From: Chiloscyllium plagiosum
Lineage: Eukaryota
Length of the DNA stretch: 64,000 bases
Assembly (NCBI RefSeq): GCF_004010195.1
Contig: NC_057728.1
Span: 41,498,179-41,562,178, forward strand
Direction: 5' to 3'
A program made the translations under genes and the position numbers. Every line of letters begins with the position of its first letter. Within the stretch, counting starts at the first letter, position 1. Below are positions 1 through 12,529 of the stretch, piece after piece. The notes beneath the pieces were generated by a model. The model saw only the letters and a program-made list of their open reading frames with translations, did not search any database and was not told the origin of the DNA.

Positions 1-1164
1 ATGGATTCATACAGTTTTTGAGCAAAGTAAAATGTAATTCTGCAAGTACACATCACCCCACAAACTTATATGTGTGTTGGGGGGGGTATGAGTGTCTGTG
101 AGAAAGTGTATGTGTGCAAGTGTAAAAGAGTATAAGTGTGTGAGTGTGTGTGTGTGTCTGTCTGTCTGTCTGTCTGTCTGTGTGTATAGTCCAATGGGAT
201 CACCTGTAGTGTGACATGAACCCAAGGTCCTGGTTGAGGCCATCCCCATGGGTACTGAACTTAGCTATCAGCCTCTGCTTGGCCACTTTTCGTTGTTGCC
301 TGTCCTGAAGTCCGCCTTGGAGGACGGTTACCCGAAGGTCCGAGTTCGAATGTCCTGGACTGCTGAAGTGTTCTCCGACTGGGAGGGAACACTCCTGTCT
401 GTTGATTGTTGTGCGATGTCTCTGCTTGGTCTTGCCACTGTACCAATCCTTAGGGCATTCTTGTCTGCAGCGTATGAGATAGACGACGTTGGCTGAGTCA
501 CATGAGTACCTGCCACCATTACAGGTGACCCCATTGCACTATAGACACATACAGACAAACAGACAGACAGACAGACACACACACACAGACCCTTTCTCAT
601 ACTCTCACATATACACTCCCACACAAACCCTCTCACAGACTTATATCCCTTTACACTCACACATACACACACTCTCTCACAGACACTCATGATATCCCCC
701 CTCCACAAGCACACATACACATACGTTTGTGGGGTGAATTTGTACTTGCAGAATTACATTTTATTTTGCTCAAAAACTGCATGAATATTTGCAAGATTCT
801 GTAAATCCATGTTTTAGATTAGAATCAGTCTGACCATTGTGGCATAGACAGCCTCACACAGGGAATCTAACACCTTCAATATATCATCTGGGCTGATATC
901 ACACCAATTATTAAAATTCACTTGAGAATGTAACTTTTAAAAAAATGTTTTGCATTTTACCGATGAAAGAACTGAAACCAACATGGTCATTGTAAAAGAT
1001 GAGAGACTTAACAAACAATCCAGGTCTTTTTCGATATGTAATTTCAGTTACATCACACTGTAAACTTTTGCTATAAGTTCTGTGTCTTACATTCTTATTC
1101 TCTAAAACCACCTGATTAAGGAGCAGCGCTCTGAAAGCTAGTGCTTCCAAATAAATCTGTTGGT
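1..1164 (-). mobile_element. Penelope-like element A: GIY-YIG endonuclease remnant (~201-516, minus) with an inverted terminal (pseudo-LTR) copy (~517-1164, continuing 2251-2320)
   Basis: Minus translation gives GGRYSCDSANVVYLIRCRQECPKDWYSGKTKQ ... PVGEHFSSPGHS...LIAKFSTHGDGLNQDLGFMSHYR*. Positions 1-210 are the reverse complement of ~517-790, including the (AC)/(AGAC) microsatellites. A degenerate hammerhead lies at ~1112-1140. Confidence 0.85.
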
Positions 1165-2237
1165 AAAAACAATGACTGCAGATGTTGGAAACCAGATTCT
1201 GGATTAGTGGTGCTGGAAGAGCACAGCAGTTCAGGCAGCATCCAAGGTGCTTCGAAATCGACGTTTCGGGCAAAAGCCCTTCATCAGGAATAAAGGCAGT
1301 GAGCCTGAAGCGTGGAGAGATAAGCTAGAGGAGGGTGGGGAGAAAGTAGCGTAGAGTACAATGGGTGAGTGGGGGAGGGGATGAAGGTGATAGGTCAGGG
1401 AGGAGAGGGTGGAGTGGATAGGTGGAAAGTGGATAGGTGGAAAAGAAGATAGGCAGGTAGGACAAGTCACGGGGACAGTGCCGAGCTGGAAGTTTGGAAC
1501 TGGGGTGAGGTGGGGGAAGGGGAAATGAGGAAACTGTTGAAATCCACATTGATGCCCTGGGGTTGAAGTGTTCCGAGGCGGAAGATGAGGTGTTCTTCCT
1601 CCAGGCGTCTGGTGTTGAGGGAGCGGCAGTGCAGGTGGCCCAGGACCTCCATGTCCTCGGCAGAGTGGGAGGGGGAGTTGAAATGTTGGGCCACGGGGCG
1701 GTGTGGTTGATTGGTGCGGGTGTCCCGGAGATGTTCCCTAAAGCGTTCTGCTAGGAGGCGCCCAGTCTCCCCAATGTAGAGGAGACCGCATCGGGAGCAA
1801 TGGATACAATAAATGATATTATTGGATGTGCAAGTAAAACTTTGATGGATGTGGAAGGCTCCTTTAGGGCCTTGGATAGAGGTGAGGGAGGAGGTGTGGG
1901 CACAGGTTTTACAGTTCCTACGGTGGCCTCAGGATGCCCTCCAACGCATCTCGTCTACATCCCGCACCTCCGCCCTCAGACCCCACCCCTCCAACCGTAA
2001 CAAGGACAAAATGCCCCTGGTGCTCACCTTCCACCCTACCAACCTTCGCATAACCCAAATCATCCGCCGACATTTCCGCCACCTCCAAACAGACCCGACC
2101 ACCAGGGATATATTTCCCTCCCCACCCCTTTCCACCTTCCGCAAAGACCGTTTCCTCCGTGACTACCTGGTCAGGTCCACGCCCTGCTACAACCCACCCT
2201 CCCATCCTGGCACTTTCCCCTGCCACCGCAGGAACTG
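1165..2237 (-). mobile_element. Penelope-like element B, 5'-inverted, nested in element A, 13-bp TSD
   Basis: taaatctgttggt occurs at 1152-1164 and 2238-2250. Minus ORF AQHFNSPSH...EEEHLIFRLGTLQPQGINVDF is a GIY-YIG C-terminus. Plus segment 1928-2237 encodes PLVLTFHP...HPGTFPCHRRNCK, the RT-EN linker. Confidence 0.9.
1256..1291 (-). ncRNA. Minimal type I hammerhead ribozyme motif, intact core
   Basis: Minus: attc CTGATGA a gggc tttt gccc GAA ACGT C gatt. Stem I has one mismatch. Confidence 0.7.
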
Positions 2238-2329
2238 TAAATCTGTTGGTCTATCACCTGGTATTGTGTGATTTTTAAACTTAGTACACCCCAGTCCAAC
2301 AACGGTATCTCCAAATCATGGCTTCAATG

Positions 2330-2652
2330 AAACAGACTGTCTCACATGCAATTCTGGCAAAAGAGAAAACTCCAGCTTTTAACTGTAGCAAAGAGAGGGA
2401 TGTGATATCTTTTTCAACTAGCTTCCAAAAGCCAGTAACAACTACTGAAAGCTAAACTAAGTCCCTGGTTCTCTGAGAGCCTGACTCCACCCATTCACAC
2501 TAGTTCTATTGTTCCTACTTTAAAACAAAACCATAGGCCTCACAAGGTGTTTACCTTATTGGCTTGGAACAGATTGCTTACTACCTCTGTCTCAAACTTT
2601 CTTCATTTAAAAAAAGGACAAGATACACTTCTTAAAGCCATAGTATTGTCAC
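2330..2652 (-). mobile_element. Partial Gypsy-type LTR (same family as 60493-61111)
   Basis: Shares tcacatgcaattct..gc and ggacaa.atacac..c with the LTR at 60.5-61.1 kb, and ends in ...gtcaca. Confidence 0.6.
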
Positions 2653-3140
2653 AATATATTTTCTTTACCACCTTGTCTATCTGCCTTACCTATGGACTGC
2701 ATGGACATGCACTCTAATTTCTCTAATTTTCCCACCCCTCTCAATGTCCTGCTGTTCATTGTATATTCTATAGCTTTGATTTTTCCTCCCCAATGCACCA
2801 CCTCATAGTTCTGCAGATTGAATTTCATTTGCCACTTTTCTGCCCTCTCAATCAAACCATTTATATCGTTCTGGGGTCAACTAACTACCCGGCCAATTTT
2901 TGTCATCTGCAAATTTCTCAATTCATACTTCCTACATTGAAGTCCAAAACAATAAAATGTACAACAAACAACAAAGGCCACAACAATTAGCCTTGTGAAA
3001 CATAGCTGGAAACTACTTTTCATTCACAAAACATTGGCTTGGTGACAAGAAACAAAAGATTGATCAAATTTTGATCTAACTTGCCACATTCTCATGTATC
3101 CCATGGGCTTTCATTTTTTTGACCAGCCTGCCATGTGAAG
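2653..3140 (-). mobile_element. Degraded CR1 LINE RT fragment
   Basis: Minus ORF AEKWQMKFNLQNYEVVHWG resembles the CR1 WQMxFNxxKCxVxHxG motif. Confidence 0.75.
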
Positions 3141-3149
3141 TACAGTACA

Positions 3150-3830
3150 GAGAAGGCAATGGCTTAGTGGTATTATTAAAAGACTGTTAATCCAGAAATT
3201 CTAATGGTAGATGGTGGAATATGAATTCAATTTTTTTAAAAATCTGGAATTAAGAATCCCCTGATGACCATGAAACCATGTTGATTGTCAGAAAAATCCA
3301 CCTGGCTCACTTATGCCTTCCAGGAAAGGAAATTTGCCATCCTCACCTGGTCAGGCCTCTAGGTGACACCAGACCAGCAGTAATGTGGTTGACTCTCACT
3401 TCAACAGCTTCCTCATTTCCCCTTCCCCCACCTCATCCTAGTTTCAAACTTCCAGTCCCCTCTCCTCGATGCTGCCTGAACTGCTGTGCTCTTCCAGCAC
3501 CATTGATCCAGAATCTGGTTTCCAGCATCTGCAGTCATTGTTTTTATCCTTTGAAATGGTCTTGGAAGCCACTCAGTTGAATTAATCATTACAAAGTCTC
3601 AACAAAGAAATGAATCCAAATGGACCATCTGACATTGACTTAGGCATCTGCCATGACTACATCAAAAACCACAGTCTTTCATCATTTCTTCCCTTCCCTA
3701 AGGACGTCATAGATCTATTTTCAACACATAGACTACAGTAATTCAAGAAGGTAGTTCACCACGATCTTTTCAAGGGAAACTTCGGATCTAGCAATAAATG
3801 CTGTCAAGCAAGTGATGCCCACTCCTGACT
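3150..3830 (+). mobile_element. Old tRNA-derived SINE/LINE-tail composite interrupted by a Penelope 3' fragment (~3400-3546)
   Basis: Head ggcaatggcttagtggta; body shared with 26575-26880; tail gcaataaatgctg...gatgcccac. The insert matches the element B terminus. Confidence 0.6.
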
Positions 3831-4199
3831 AGTGAATTTTAAAAAATGTGCAAAATGGATATATTTTAAGTTAATATTTGAAATTGTTTCCTTAGGTTGT
3901 TGTTGAAAGGTTGCTGTGGATATTAAAGATTTATTTAACAAAGCTTCCTAGATGTCACAGAACGAGAGGTAACTGCTTATTCTGCCACAGAGCCCTGCTG
4001 AGGCTGTTTGAATAGTAATTGGTTGGAGAGTGCTTGGATATCTGAAAAACTTGTTGGGGAACAATAATCCTGTGATGAAAGGCTACCCCAGTTGATCTTT
4101 CCTATTTTAGAAAAAATCTCTTGAGTTTGGGGTGAAACTTGTTTTTCTTCTGAAAGTAACTTCTCAATATTGTAATTTGCTGAATAAGCTGTTTCCCAA

Positions 4200-5092
4200 G
4201 ACCGCAGATGAAAGAGATGGTTTTTGACTTCAGGAGGGCATAGAGCAATCACTCTCCGCTGGACATCGACAGCTCCCCCATGAAGAGCACAAATTGTCTT
4301 GGTGTCCACCTGGTTGCTCAACACAAGCTCCATAGCCAAGAAAGCCCAGCAGCATCTCTACTTTCTGCATAGGTTGGGGAAAGCCCATCCCCCATTCTCA
4401 TCACATTTGACAGAGGCATCACTGCCTGGTTCGGGAATTGTACTGTCTCGCATCATAAGACCCTACAACGGATAGTGAGGACAGTTGAGAAGATCATCAG
4501 GGTCTCACTTTACTCATTTGCAGACATTTACACCACATGCTGCATCCGCAAGGCTGAGAGCATTGTGGATGACCCACACATCCTTCATTCAAATTCTTCT
4601 CCCTCCTGCCATCTAGCAGAAGATAACGGAGCATTCAGTCTCTCATGGTCAGACTGCAATAGCTTCTTCCCCAAGCCATCAGGCTCCTTAATCCTAATGA
4701 AGGGTTTCTGCCTGAAACGTCGATTTTCCTGCTACTTGGATGTTATCTGACCTGCTGTGCATTTCCAGCACCAATCTAATCTTGACTGTATGGTCACACT
4801 CTATTTGCAGTTTTTGGACCATGGTTTGAATTGTTGCTAAAACAATGTTTTATTAATGATCATTCATTGTTACGTTGTAATTTGTCCACCACTGTGCCTC
4901 TTGTCTTGTCAGGAATGACTGTGATGTCTTGCATGCTTTGCACTTTTCTATGCACATTATGCTGCCCTGGGTATGACTGTACTCTCGTGTAGTCAATGTG
5001 TTCATATAGCACCTTGGACCTGGAGGAGCGCTGTTTCATTTTTTTTGTACCAGCTGTATATGGTAGAAACGACAAATAACATTACTCTACTC
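4200..5092 (+). mobile_element. Rex1/Babar-like LINE 3' portion, interrupted by a Penelope fragment (4690-~4788)
   Basis: Translation AKKAQQHLYFLHRL ... ITAWFGNC ... LQRIVRTVEKII; simple tail actctactc. Confidence 0.7.
4690..4725 (+). ncRNA. Hammerhead motif with core mutation (CTAATGA)
   Basis: aatc CTAATGA a gggt ttct gcct GAA ACGT C gatt; perfect 4-bp stem I. Confidence 0.55.
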
Positions 5093-5933
5093 CAAAGAAA
5101 ACTGTGCATGAATACTGACTTGACCACATGCCAGAATGTCAGAATAGGACTTCAGACACTCTACACCGATCCTTTTTGCCTTTCAAGCATAATCCTAATG
5201 GCCAGGTGTTTTATTCCCCTTTTTTCAAAAGAGAATCCCTGCAGGGAGAAATCTTTTTCTTTTTATCCAGAAGTATGTGTGTGTGTTTTTGGGTTCTTTA
5301 GAGGTGTAGATGTTTACTTCCATATTACCACCATTGTATGTTAATCAATTATTGCATCCTCATTGACTAAGTTCTATTTTGATAATAAACCAATAATTGT
5401 ATTTAAAGGAATTTTTAAAGTAATTCTTAATATAGATGAGACACTTAATTTGTATTTTGGAAACTGTGAAACGTATTTTTACTTTGTGCAGTGACCTATA
5501 GGACTAGAGCAACAGTATTTCTCCAGGCTTGGTTATAATATAGAAGTGGAGTCTGTAATGAAATATTCAATGCAAATCTTTAATTGGAAGTGGGTAATAA
5601 TAATCTGAAAGAACACACCATGTTTCTTGTGCATTATATATCAAGTTGGCATTGTCTGTTGCTACAACCTTTGTGGAGGTGGAAAATTTATCCTTGAATG
5701 ATTTGCAAAGAATAACCAAGGTTAGGCTATTTGAGTGGCAGAGAAGGTAGTTAGGAAAGCAAATGTAACTGAAGTGTTAGGTTTCAAGGATTGCAGAAAA
5801 TAAAATTTATATATCAGGTTTTGTGGAAATACCTGGCTGATTTCTTTAAAAGTGGGAGTTGGAAAGTCACCGACACTATTTGAGATGTTTTTTAAACAAG
5901 GCTTTTTAGAAATCACATAATTGGTGATAATTG

Positions 5934-6521
5934 AAAGAACTGCAGATGCTATAAATCAGAAACAAAAACAGAAGTTTCTGGAAAAGCTCAGCAGGTCTGG
6001 CAGCATCTGTGAAAAAAGATCAGAGTTTACATTTCGGGTCTGGTGACTCTTCCTCACTGGATACAATACTTTAGATTAGATTCTCTACTGCGGGGAAACA
6101 GGCCCTTTGGCCCAACAAGTCCACACCGTCCCTCTGAAGAGAAACCCACCCAAACCCATTCCCCTACCCTATATTTCCCTCTGACTAACGCATCTAACAC
6201 TGTGGGCGATTTAGTATGGCCAGTTCACCTGAGCTGCACATCTTTGGATTGTGGGAGGAAACCGGAGCACCCGGAGAAAACCCACGCAGACACGGGGAGA
6301 ATGTGCAAACTCCACACAGGCGGGAATCGAACCCAGGACCCTGGGGCTGTGAGGCAGCAGTGCTAACCACTGAGCCACCATGCTGCCCCACTTGGGCCAA
6401 ATGTATCAAAGACTAATGAGGGAGTTCTGAGGAAGGGTCACCGGATCCAAAATGTTAACTCTGATTTCTCTTGACAGATGCTGCCAGAGCTGATGAGCTT
6501 TTCCAGCAACTTCTGTTTTTG
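5934..6521. mobile_element. Palindromic Penelope-derived insert with 16-bp TSD, carrying an HE1 SINE in its spacer
   Basis: taattggtgataattg at 5918-5933 and 6522-6537. Arms ~5960-6056 and 6422-6521 are reverse complements. CpG-decayed hammerhead gagtt CTGAGGA a gggtc accg gatcc aaaatgtt aactc at 6422-6461. Confidence 0.85.
6071..6388 (-). mobile_element. HE1-type V-SINE
   Basis: tRNA-like head, V-domain (gtggagtttgcacattctccccgtgtctgcgtgggttt), CR1-like tail with (taatc)n. Confidence 0.9.
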
Positions 6522-6879
6522 TAATTGGTGATAATTGTTTATTCTGAAGTAGATCCCTGTTGTTTGAATGGTGATAGGATATCCATTGGCATTTCGAATT
6601 AATTGGGAGAAGAGGACACCTATGAGGAAGGGCTGTCCAGCTGATCGCTCCTATTTCTGAAGAGAAACCCCTCTTGTTGAATTCAGGGTGAAACTCATTT
6701 GGTCTTCTAAAAGAGTGGTTGAAGGAGCTTCAAAATATTGTATTTACTATTAAGCAAAGCTTGCCAATATTCCAAAGAAAACTGTCCATAAGTAGTGACT
6801 CAACATCATATGCCAGAATACATAATGTCTAATCCTTCTTTGCCTTCAAGAATAACATTAATGACTAGAAAGTGAACAT

Positions 6880-7690
6880 AAAATAGAAAATTGGATGCAA
6901 GAATATGCTATTCACCATTATGAGGATCATGGCTTTTCCCTCATATCCTTTGGTATGTTTTGCCCTAATTGTTGTATCCAACTCCTTCTCAAAATCATAC
7001 ACTGTTTTGGCCCCCACTGTTTTCTAAGATAACAAATTCCAGAGACTCACCACTCTCTTGATGAAGAAATTTCTCCTTATCTCAGTCTTAAATGAATTAC
7101 CCAATATCCTTACACTATTCTAAGGATCTCTGTGAGATTACCCCTTAATTGTCTGAACTCCAGCAAAAGCAAACCTAACCTAGTCAATCCCTCCTCATCA
7201 CAAGTGGCACGGTGGCACAGTGGTTAGCACTGCTGCCTCACAGCGCCAGAGACCTGGGTTCAATTCCCGCCTCAGGCGACTGACTGTGTGGAGTTTGCAC
7301 GTTCTCCCCGTGTCTGTGTGGGTTTCCTCCGGGTGCTCCGGTTTCCTCCCACAGTCCAAAGATGTGCAGGTCAGGTGAATTGGCCATGCTAAATTGCCCG
7401 TAGTGTTAGGTAAGGGGTAAACGTAGGGGTATGGGTGGGTTGCGCTTCGGCGGGTCGGTGTGGATTTGTTGGGCCGAAGGGCCTGTTTCCACACTGTAAG
7501 TAATCTAATCTAATCAAATTAGTCCCACCATTCCCGGGATCAGCCTGGTAAACCTTCACTGCACTCCCTCAAGAGCACAAGCATCCTTCCTCAGAAAAGG
7601 AGAGCAAAACTGTACACAATATTCCTGATTCTGGACACCCTCATCATTGGGAACATCCTTCCTGCATCAACCTTGTCTAATTCTGTTAGA
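6880..7690 (-). mobile_element. CR1 LINE 3' fragments (interrupted by an HE1 SINE)
   Basis: Minus strand contains gagataaggagaaatttcttcatcaagagagtggtgagtctctggaatt, typical of the CR1 ORF2 C-terminus. Confidence 0.75.
7204..7515 (+). mobile_element. HE1-type V-SINE, full length and well preserved
   Basis: A box tggcacagtgg, B box ggttcaattcc, V-domain, tail gggccgaagggcctgtttccacactgtaag(taatc)3; CpGs retained. Confidence 0.93.
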
Positions 7691-7699
7691 ATTATCTCC

Positions 7700-8515
7700 T
7701 ATTTATTGTGCATAAATGTCAGGTTATTCACTTTGGAAGCAAAGACAAGATTACTACCTGAATGGCTGTAAATTGGGAGAGGGAAGTGTGTAGTGGGACC
7801 TGGGTGTCCTTGTGCACCAGTTGCTGAAGGTAAGCATGCAGGTCCAGCAGGCAGTAAAAAAAGGCAAATGGTATGTTGGCCTTCATTGCGAGAAGTTTTC
7901 TGTACAGGAGCAAGGATGTGTTGTTGCAGTTATACTGGGCCTTCGTGAGGCCACACCTAGAATATTGTATGCAGTTTTACTCTCCTTTTCTGAGGATAGA
8001 TGTTTGTGCTCTCAAGGGAGTGCATCAAAGGTTTACCAGGCTGACTCCAGGGATGGCAGGACTGACATATGAGGGGAGAGATTGACTAGGTTAGGATTAC
8101 TTTTGTTGGAGTTCAGACGAGTGGGGGGATGGGGGGGGGAGCTCATAGAGACTTATAAAGTTCTAACAGGACTAGATGGGGTAGATGCAGGAAGGATATT
8201 CCCAGTGGTGGGGTGCTTCCAGAACCAGAGGTCACAGTTGAGTATTCGGGGTCAACCATTTAGAAGAGATGAGGAGTCATTTCTTCACCCAAAGAGTGGT
8301 GAGCCTATGGAATCCATTACTAGATGTAGTTGATGCCAAAAGTTTGAATATATTCAAAAGGCAGCAAGTTGTAGCATTTTGGAGCGAATGGAATCAAAGG
8401 TTATGGGGAGAAAGCAGGATTAGGCTATTGAGTTGTACAATTAGCCATGATCATGATGAATGGCAGAACAGGCTCAAAGGGCTGAATGGCCTCCTCCTCT
8501 CATCTTCTATGTATC
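7700..8515 (+). mobile_element. CR1 LINE 3' portion
   Basis: LYWAFVRPHLEYCMQF ... ELIETYKVLTGLD ... FFTQRVVSLWN. Confidence 0.88.
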
Positions 8516-9562
8516 AATAGTTTTGGACTACCAATAAGTAGAAAGCCTTTCCTATTCTAAAGACCACTTAGCTAATTCATCAAAGTTCTCTCTTTGACTG
8601 GCATGAGCCTTTCCAAAAGTTGTACCTTCTCAGTCTTGGAATCATGCAACAATAAAATACATTGGCCTAATAAGTCATGAGATCCCAATTGTTAGTACAG
8701 GTCATGAACCAAAAGCTGACCAGTCTCATAAAAAGAGACCACTGAAATGTATCACAGCATTATGTGTATTTGTTTTACATTTAGAAAAATGAAAATGTGG
8801 GTTAAAAATGTAACTTACTGATCAGCAATAAAATTCCTTACTTAGTCTTGTTGGGGAATTAAACTTCAAAGGAGTGTATTCCTACGTCATTTAGGGAGTG
8901 CCTTCATTGTACTCAGGCCTTGGTACTTCTAAATGCCATTACTAGAATTTAAATCCTTTGAGTTGATTGACTATGGGGAGAGAAGCCAAGCCTTCGTCAC
9001 CAGTTGAAATGCAGTTTGGGAGCTGCCTACCATTTAGACCGACTATACTGCTATAATTCAATCAAATGGTTTAAGTCATTCATTCTGTCTTTATTTCTGT
9101 ATAATGCTTTGATTTGACATTTATAATTAAGTGAATTACAAGAATTTATTCAACAGAGAAATGGCGTTGATTGGGCATAAGATTTTTTTCTGCAATCCAG
9201 CTCAGGAATTGGAAGATTCAGTTGCTGCACAACTCTCATTGGAGGTTTGGGGAGGGATGTAATTACAGAGTGACAAGTTTAAGTAGACAGTTGCACTATA
9301 AATTAGGACACAAATTTATAATGGAAAAAGTAACATAAAATAAAGTGTGGTTTTATAATCAGAACATGAGATTCTGATATATTAGATTCTGAATATATTC
9401 TATATAAATAATCTAATCATGTATTTTGCAATACCTTTTTAAATTTCTTTCAATTTTTATGTGATTAACAAAATAGAAAATAATCTGTCTGATCAGAACT
9501 CATTCTCCCTGTAACTAGAATATAGGTTCAAAAGTGTTTTAAACAAACTGGTATATTACTTT

Positions 9563-9765
9563 CAAAAGTTGGGTGCTGGAAAAGCACAGCAGGTCAGGCA
9601 GCATCTGAGGAGCAGGAAAATCGACGTTTTGGGCAAAAGTCCTTCATCTGGAGTGCTTTTGCCCAAACGTCGATTTTCTTGCTCCTCGGATGCTGCATGA
9701 ACTGTTGTGCTTTTCCAGCACTACACTTGACTCTATTCTCCAACATCTGCAGTACTCACTTTCAC
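9563..9765. mobile_element. Palindromic Penelope-derived mini insert with 15-bp TSD
   Basis: ctggta(t/a)ttacttt-like TSD at 9548-9562 and 9766-9780 (1 mismatch). Arms fold back at a degenerate hammerhead (~9619-9675). Confidence 0.85.
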
Positions 9766-9857
9766 CTGGTATTTTACTTTGACAGCCTGGAGACTTCCAT
9801 TAATTATAGAACCTCAACAGTTTATATTCTTTGACAGTTCAGAGGTTTCTATTAATT

Positions 9858-10137
9858 ATAGAATTCCTAAAGCATGGAAAGAGGCCATTCAGCTTGCACC
9901 AACCCTCTGAACAGCATCCCACCCATCCCTGCATTTACCTGGCTAATCCCTGGACAGAACAGACAATATAGCATGACCACCTTCACCTGACCTGCACATC
10001 TTTTGACTGTGGGAGGAAGCCAGAGCATTAAACAGAAACCCACACAAATGGGGAGCACATACAAACTCCTCTCAGACAGACACTTAAGGCTGGAATTGAA
10101 CCCTGGTACTGTGAGGTAACAGTGCTAAGCACTGAGC
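9858..10137 (-). mobile_element. HE1-type SINE (degraded)
   Basis: V-domain cacctgacctgcacatcttttgactgtgggagg on the plus strand. Confidence 0.8.
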
Positions 10138-10189
10138 TAGCATATATGTGAACAATATAGAGTTGTCATGAGAGTTTGGTCCACTCTTT

Positions 10190-10520
10190 CATAGAATCCA
10201 TACAGTGTGGAAACAGGCCCTTTGTCCCAACAAGTCCACACTGACCCTCCAAAGAGTAACCCAACCAGACCCAATCCCCTACCCTATTATCCTCTATTTA
10301 CCCCTAACTAATGCACCTAACCTACACATCCCTGAACATTATGGGCAATTTAGCATGTCCAATTCACCTAACCTGCACATCTTTGGATTGTGGGAGGAAA
10401 CCCACGCAGACATGGGGAGAGTGTGCAAACTCCACACTGACAGTCACCTGAGGCTGGAATCAAACCTGGGTCCCTGGCACTGAGGCAGCAGTGCTAACTG
10501 CTGAGCCACTGTGCCATCCT
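10190..10520 (-). mobile_element. HE1-type SINE
   Basis: Head, V-domain and tail recognisable. Confidence 0.88.
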
Positions 10521-12529
10521 ACAGATTCAAAAATAATTCCTTTAAATGTTATATGTTACAGCATAGAATATTCATTAAATTAGGAAGAAAAGGGGTTTGA
10601 AGCAGAAAAGTAGTTAAGATGCTAATGAATTAACGTCCCGTAGTAAATAATGCATATATCACTAACTGCATCCCCAGTCCTGGGAGTCCAGCAGAAGGCC
10701 TTTCTTATCATAACCAAAAAGAAGTAGAAGTGCTAGAGCTTTTAAACCAATAGAAAACTGGGGCAGGGGTGTGAGAATGGGCTTGAAAGATGACATAAGA
10801 AAAAAAGAGCACCTGTGAAGATCTGCAAAATCTTTGTTGAAAGGCAAAGTTCTGAGTGTTTCATTGCGGCAAAATATATACTGAAGGATACTTAAAAGTC
10901 ATCCTAAAATCAGGTCAGCTAGCTAACTGGATAAAGGCTGACATTGAATGATCTTTATTTTGTATCATTTTGCAAGGAACGGTTCAGCAGATTAAAGAAA
11001 TCAGTACAATATTCTTATTTTGCTGTAATATAAAATGGTTTAATTTAAATACAGACTTGTGAACAAAAGTAAGTCATTTAGCTATTGGGGCCTGGTCCAA
11101 CATTCAATAAGATTTGTTATCAGTATTTTAGATTGTAACTTAACTTCACACACCTGCCTGTGTCCCTTATCCCTGAAGACATTTAGGTCACTAAAATCTG
11201 TCAATCACAAAGTTAAAATTTACAATTAATTCCAACAGTTAAAATTTGAATATTTTAACCAAGAGTTAAGCAGTGCCGCACTTATATGGCAATCTTGTAT
11301 CTATTTTTACTACCTTAATGTCATTACACACTTTATGATGATTTATTACTGTTGGAAATCCCAGATGGTTTGGAAGTCTTTGAAATACCTTTGGACCTGG
11401 CTCATTGATTAAATGGTTCCTACATTCTGAAGTGAATGTCCTAAAAATAATGATGTAATATGATTTAGGTCCCTGAAGTAAAAATCTGTTCTTTTCAAAT
11501 GTTAAGGGCCATAACTTGGTTGATAAGTTCTTAAAATAGTTTCCTGAAAAAGTTGGCATTTTGACCTCTGTCTTTCTGAATAACCTGCATTTTTATTCTC
11601 TCCTTTTCCCAATTCATTCAATTTAGCAGCTACTCTAGCTTTTCCTCCTCAGCAAGATATTCCATCGTGGCCCCCTGCTCAGTAATTCACTGGTCATGCA
11701 CAGTTAAGGTTTCCTCCAGTCCTATAAATCTTTGTTGGGTCTGTGTCAGCGTGATAGTAAGAACTTGCACATCAGCACATCAGCTCCTAAAATACTAACA
11801 CTCAAAGGCTGCCTCAGGGATAATATATCCCTGGTGCACACCACCATGAATTTGACTGCTGATCCACACTAAGGAAGATGGCATGCAGCCAACTGGGTAG
11901 AAACACGGTTGAGACTACATCATGCTGAGTATTCTGAGTGCTGTTTTTATGCTAGCTGTGCTGTGTTCTGTGGGAATTATCCCTTTTTTCATTGAATAAG
12001 CATCTTTGCTACGATTTGTACATTCATATAAACATCAGGAAAGGTAGTTACTTATAAAAAACTAGCAATTCAGTGGCCTTGAATACAGTAAAGCATTAGC
12101 AAATGCCAAATCACTTCACTTCTCTAGAAGTCCTTCAAAGCATTATTCAAGGATAGGGAAACACTGTCATATGTTAGGCCACCAATGTACCAATGAATGA
12201 GAGAAGTGCTTTGGTAAATTCTCAGTAAGTGAGTTATTTATCTCAGTTATCTTTTTTGGGAATGTACTGAGTCAGGGCTAAAAGTGCATTTTATAGGAAA
12301 AGCTGGTTGGACGTAAGCATTATCTCAGATAACAGATGGGGGACTATGGGTGATTATTATAAAATGCCTGTAAATTAACTATATAATAATATTTTACCCA
12401 ATGTGAAAGCTTTTCCTATTTTCACATCACAGTGTCAAGTGAGCTTGTTGAATGCAATTAAATTTATTATTCAGTTTTGTGAAGATGAACATGCAAATTT
12501 GGTGTGGGAACAGGCTCTTACAGCCTGCT

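Noticed and set aside
1..790. Large inverted repeat as a DNA-transposon TIR pair
   Set aside because: Encloses GIY-YIG coding sequence; it is a Penelope inverted pseudo-LTR.
7204..7280. tRNA-like A/B boxes
   Set aside because: SINE head, not a tRNA gene; the same applies to all HE1 copies.
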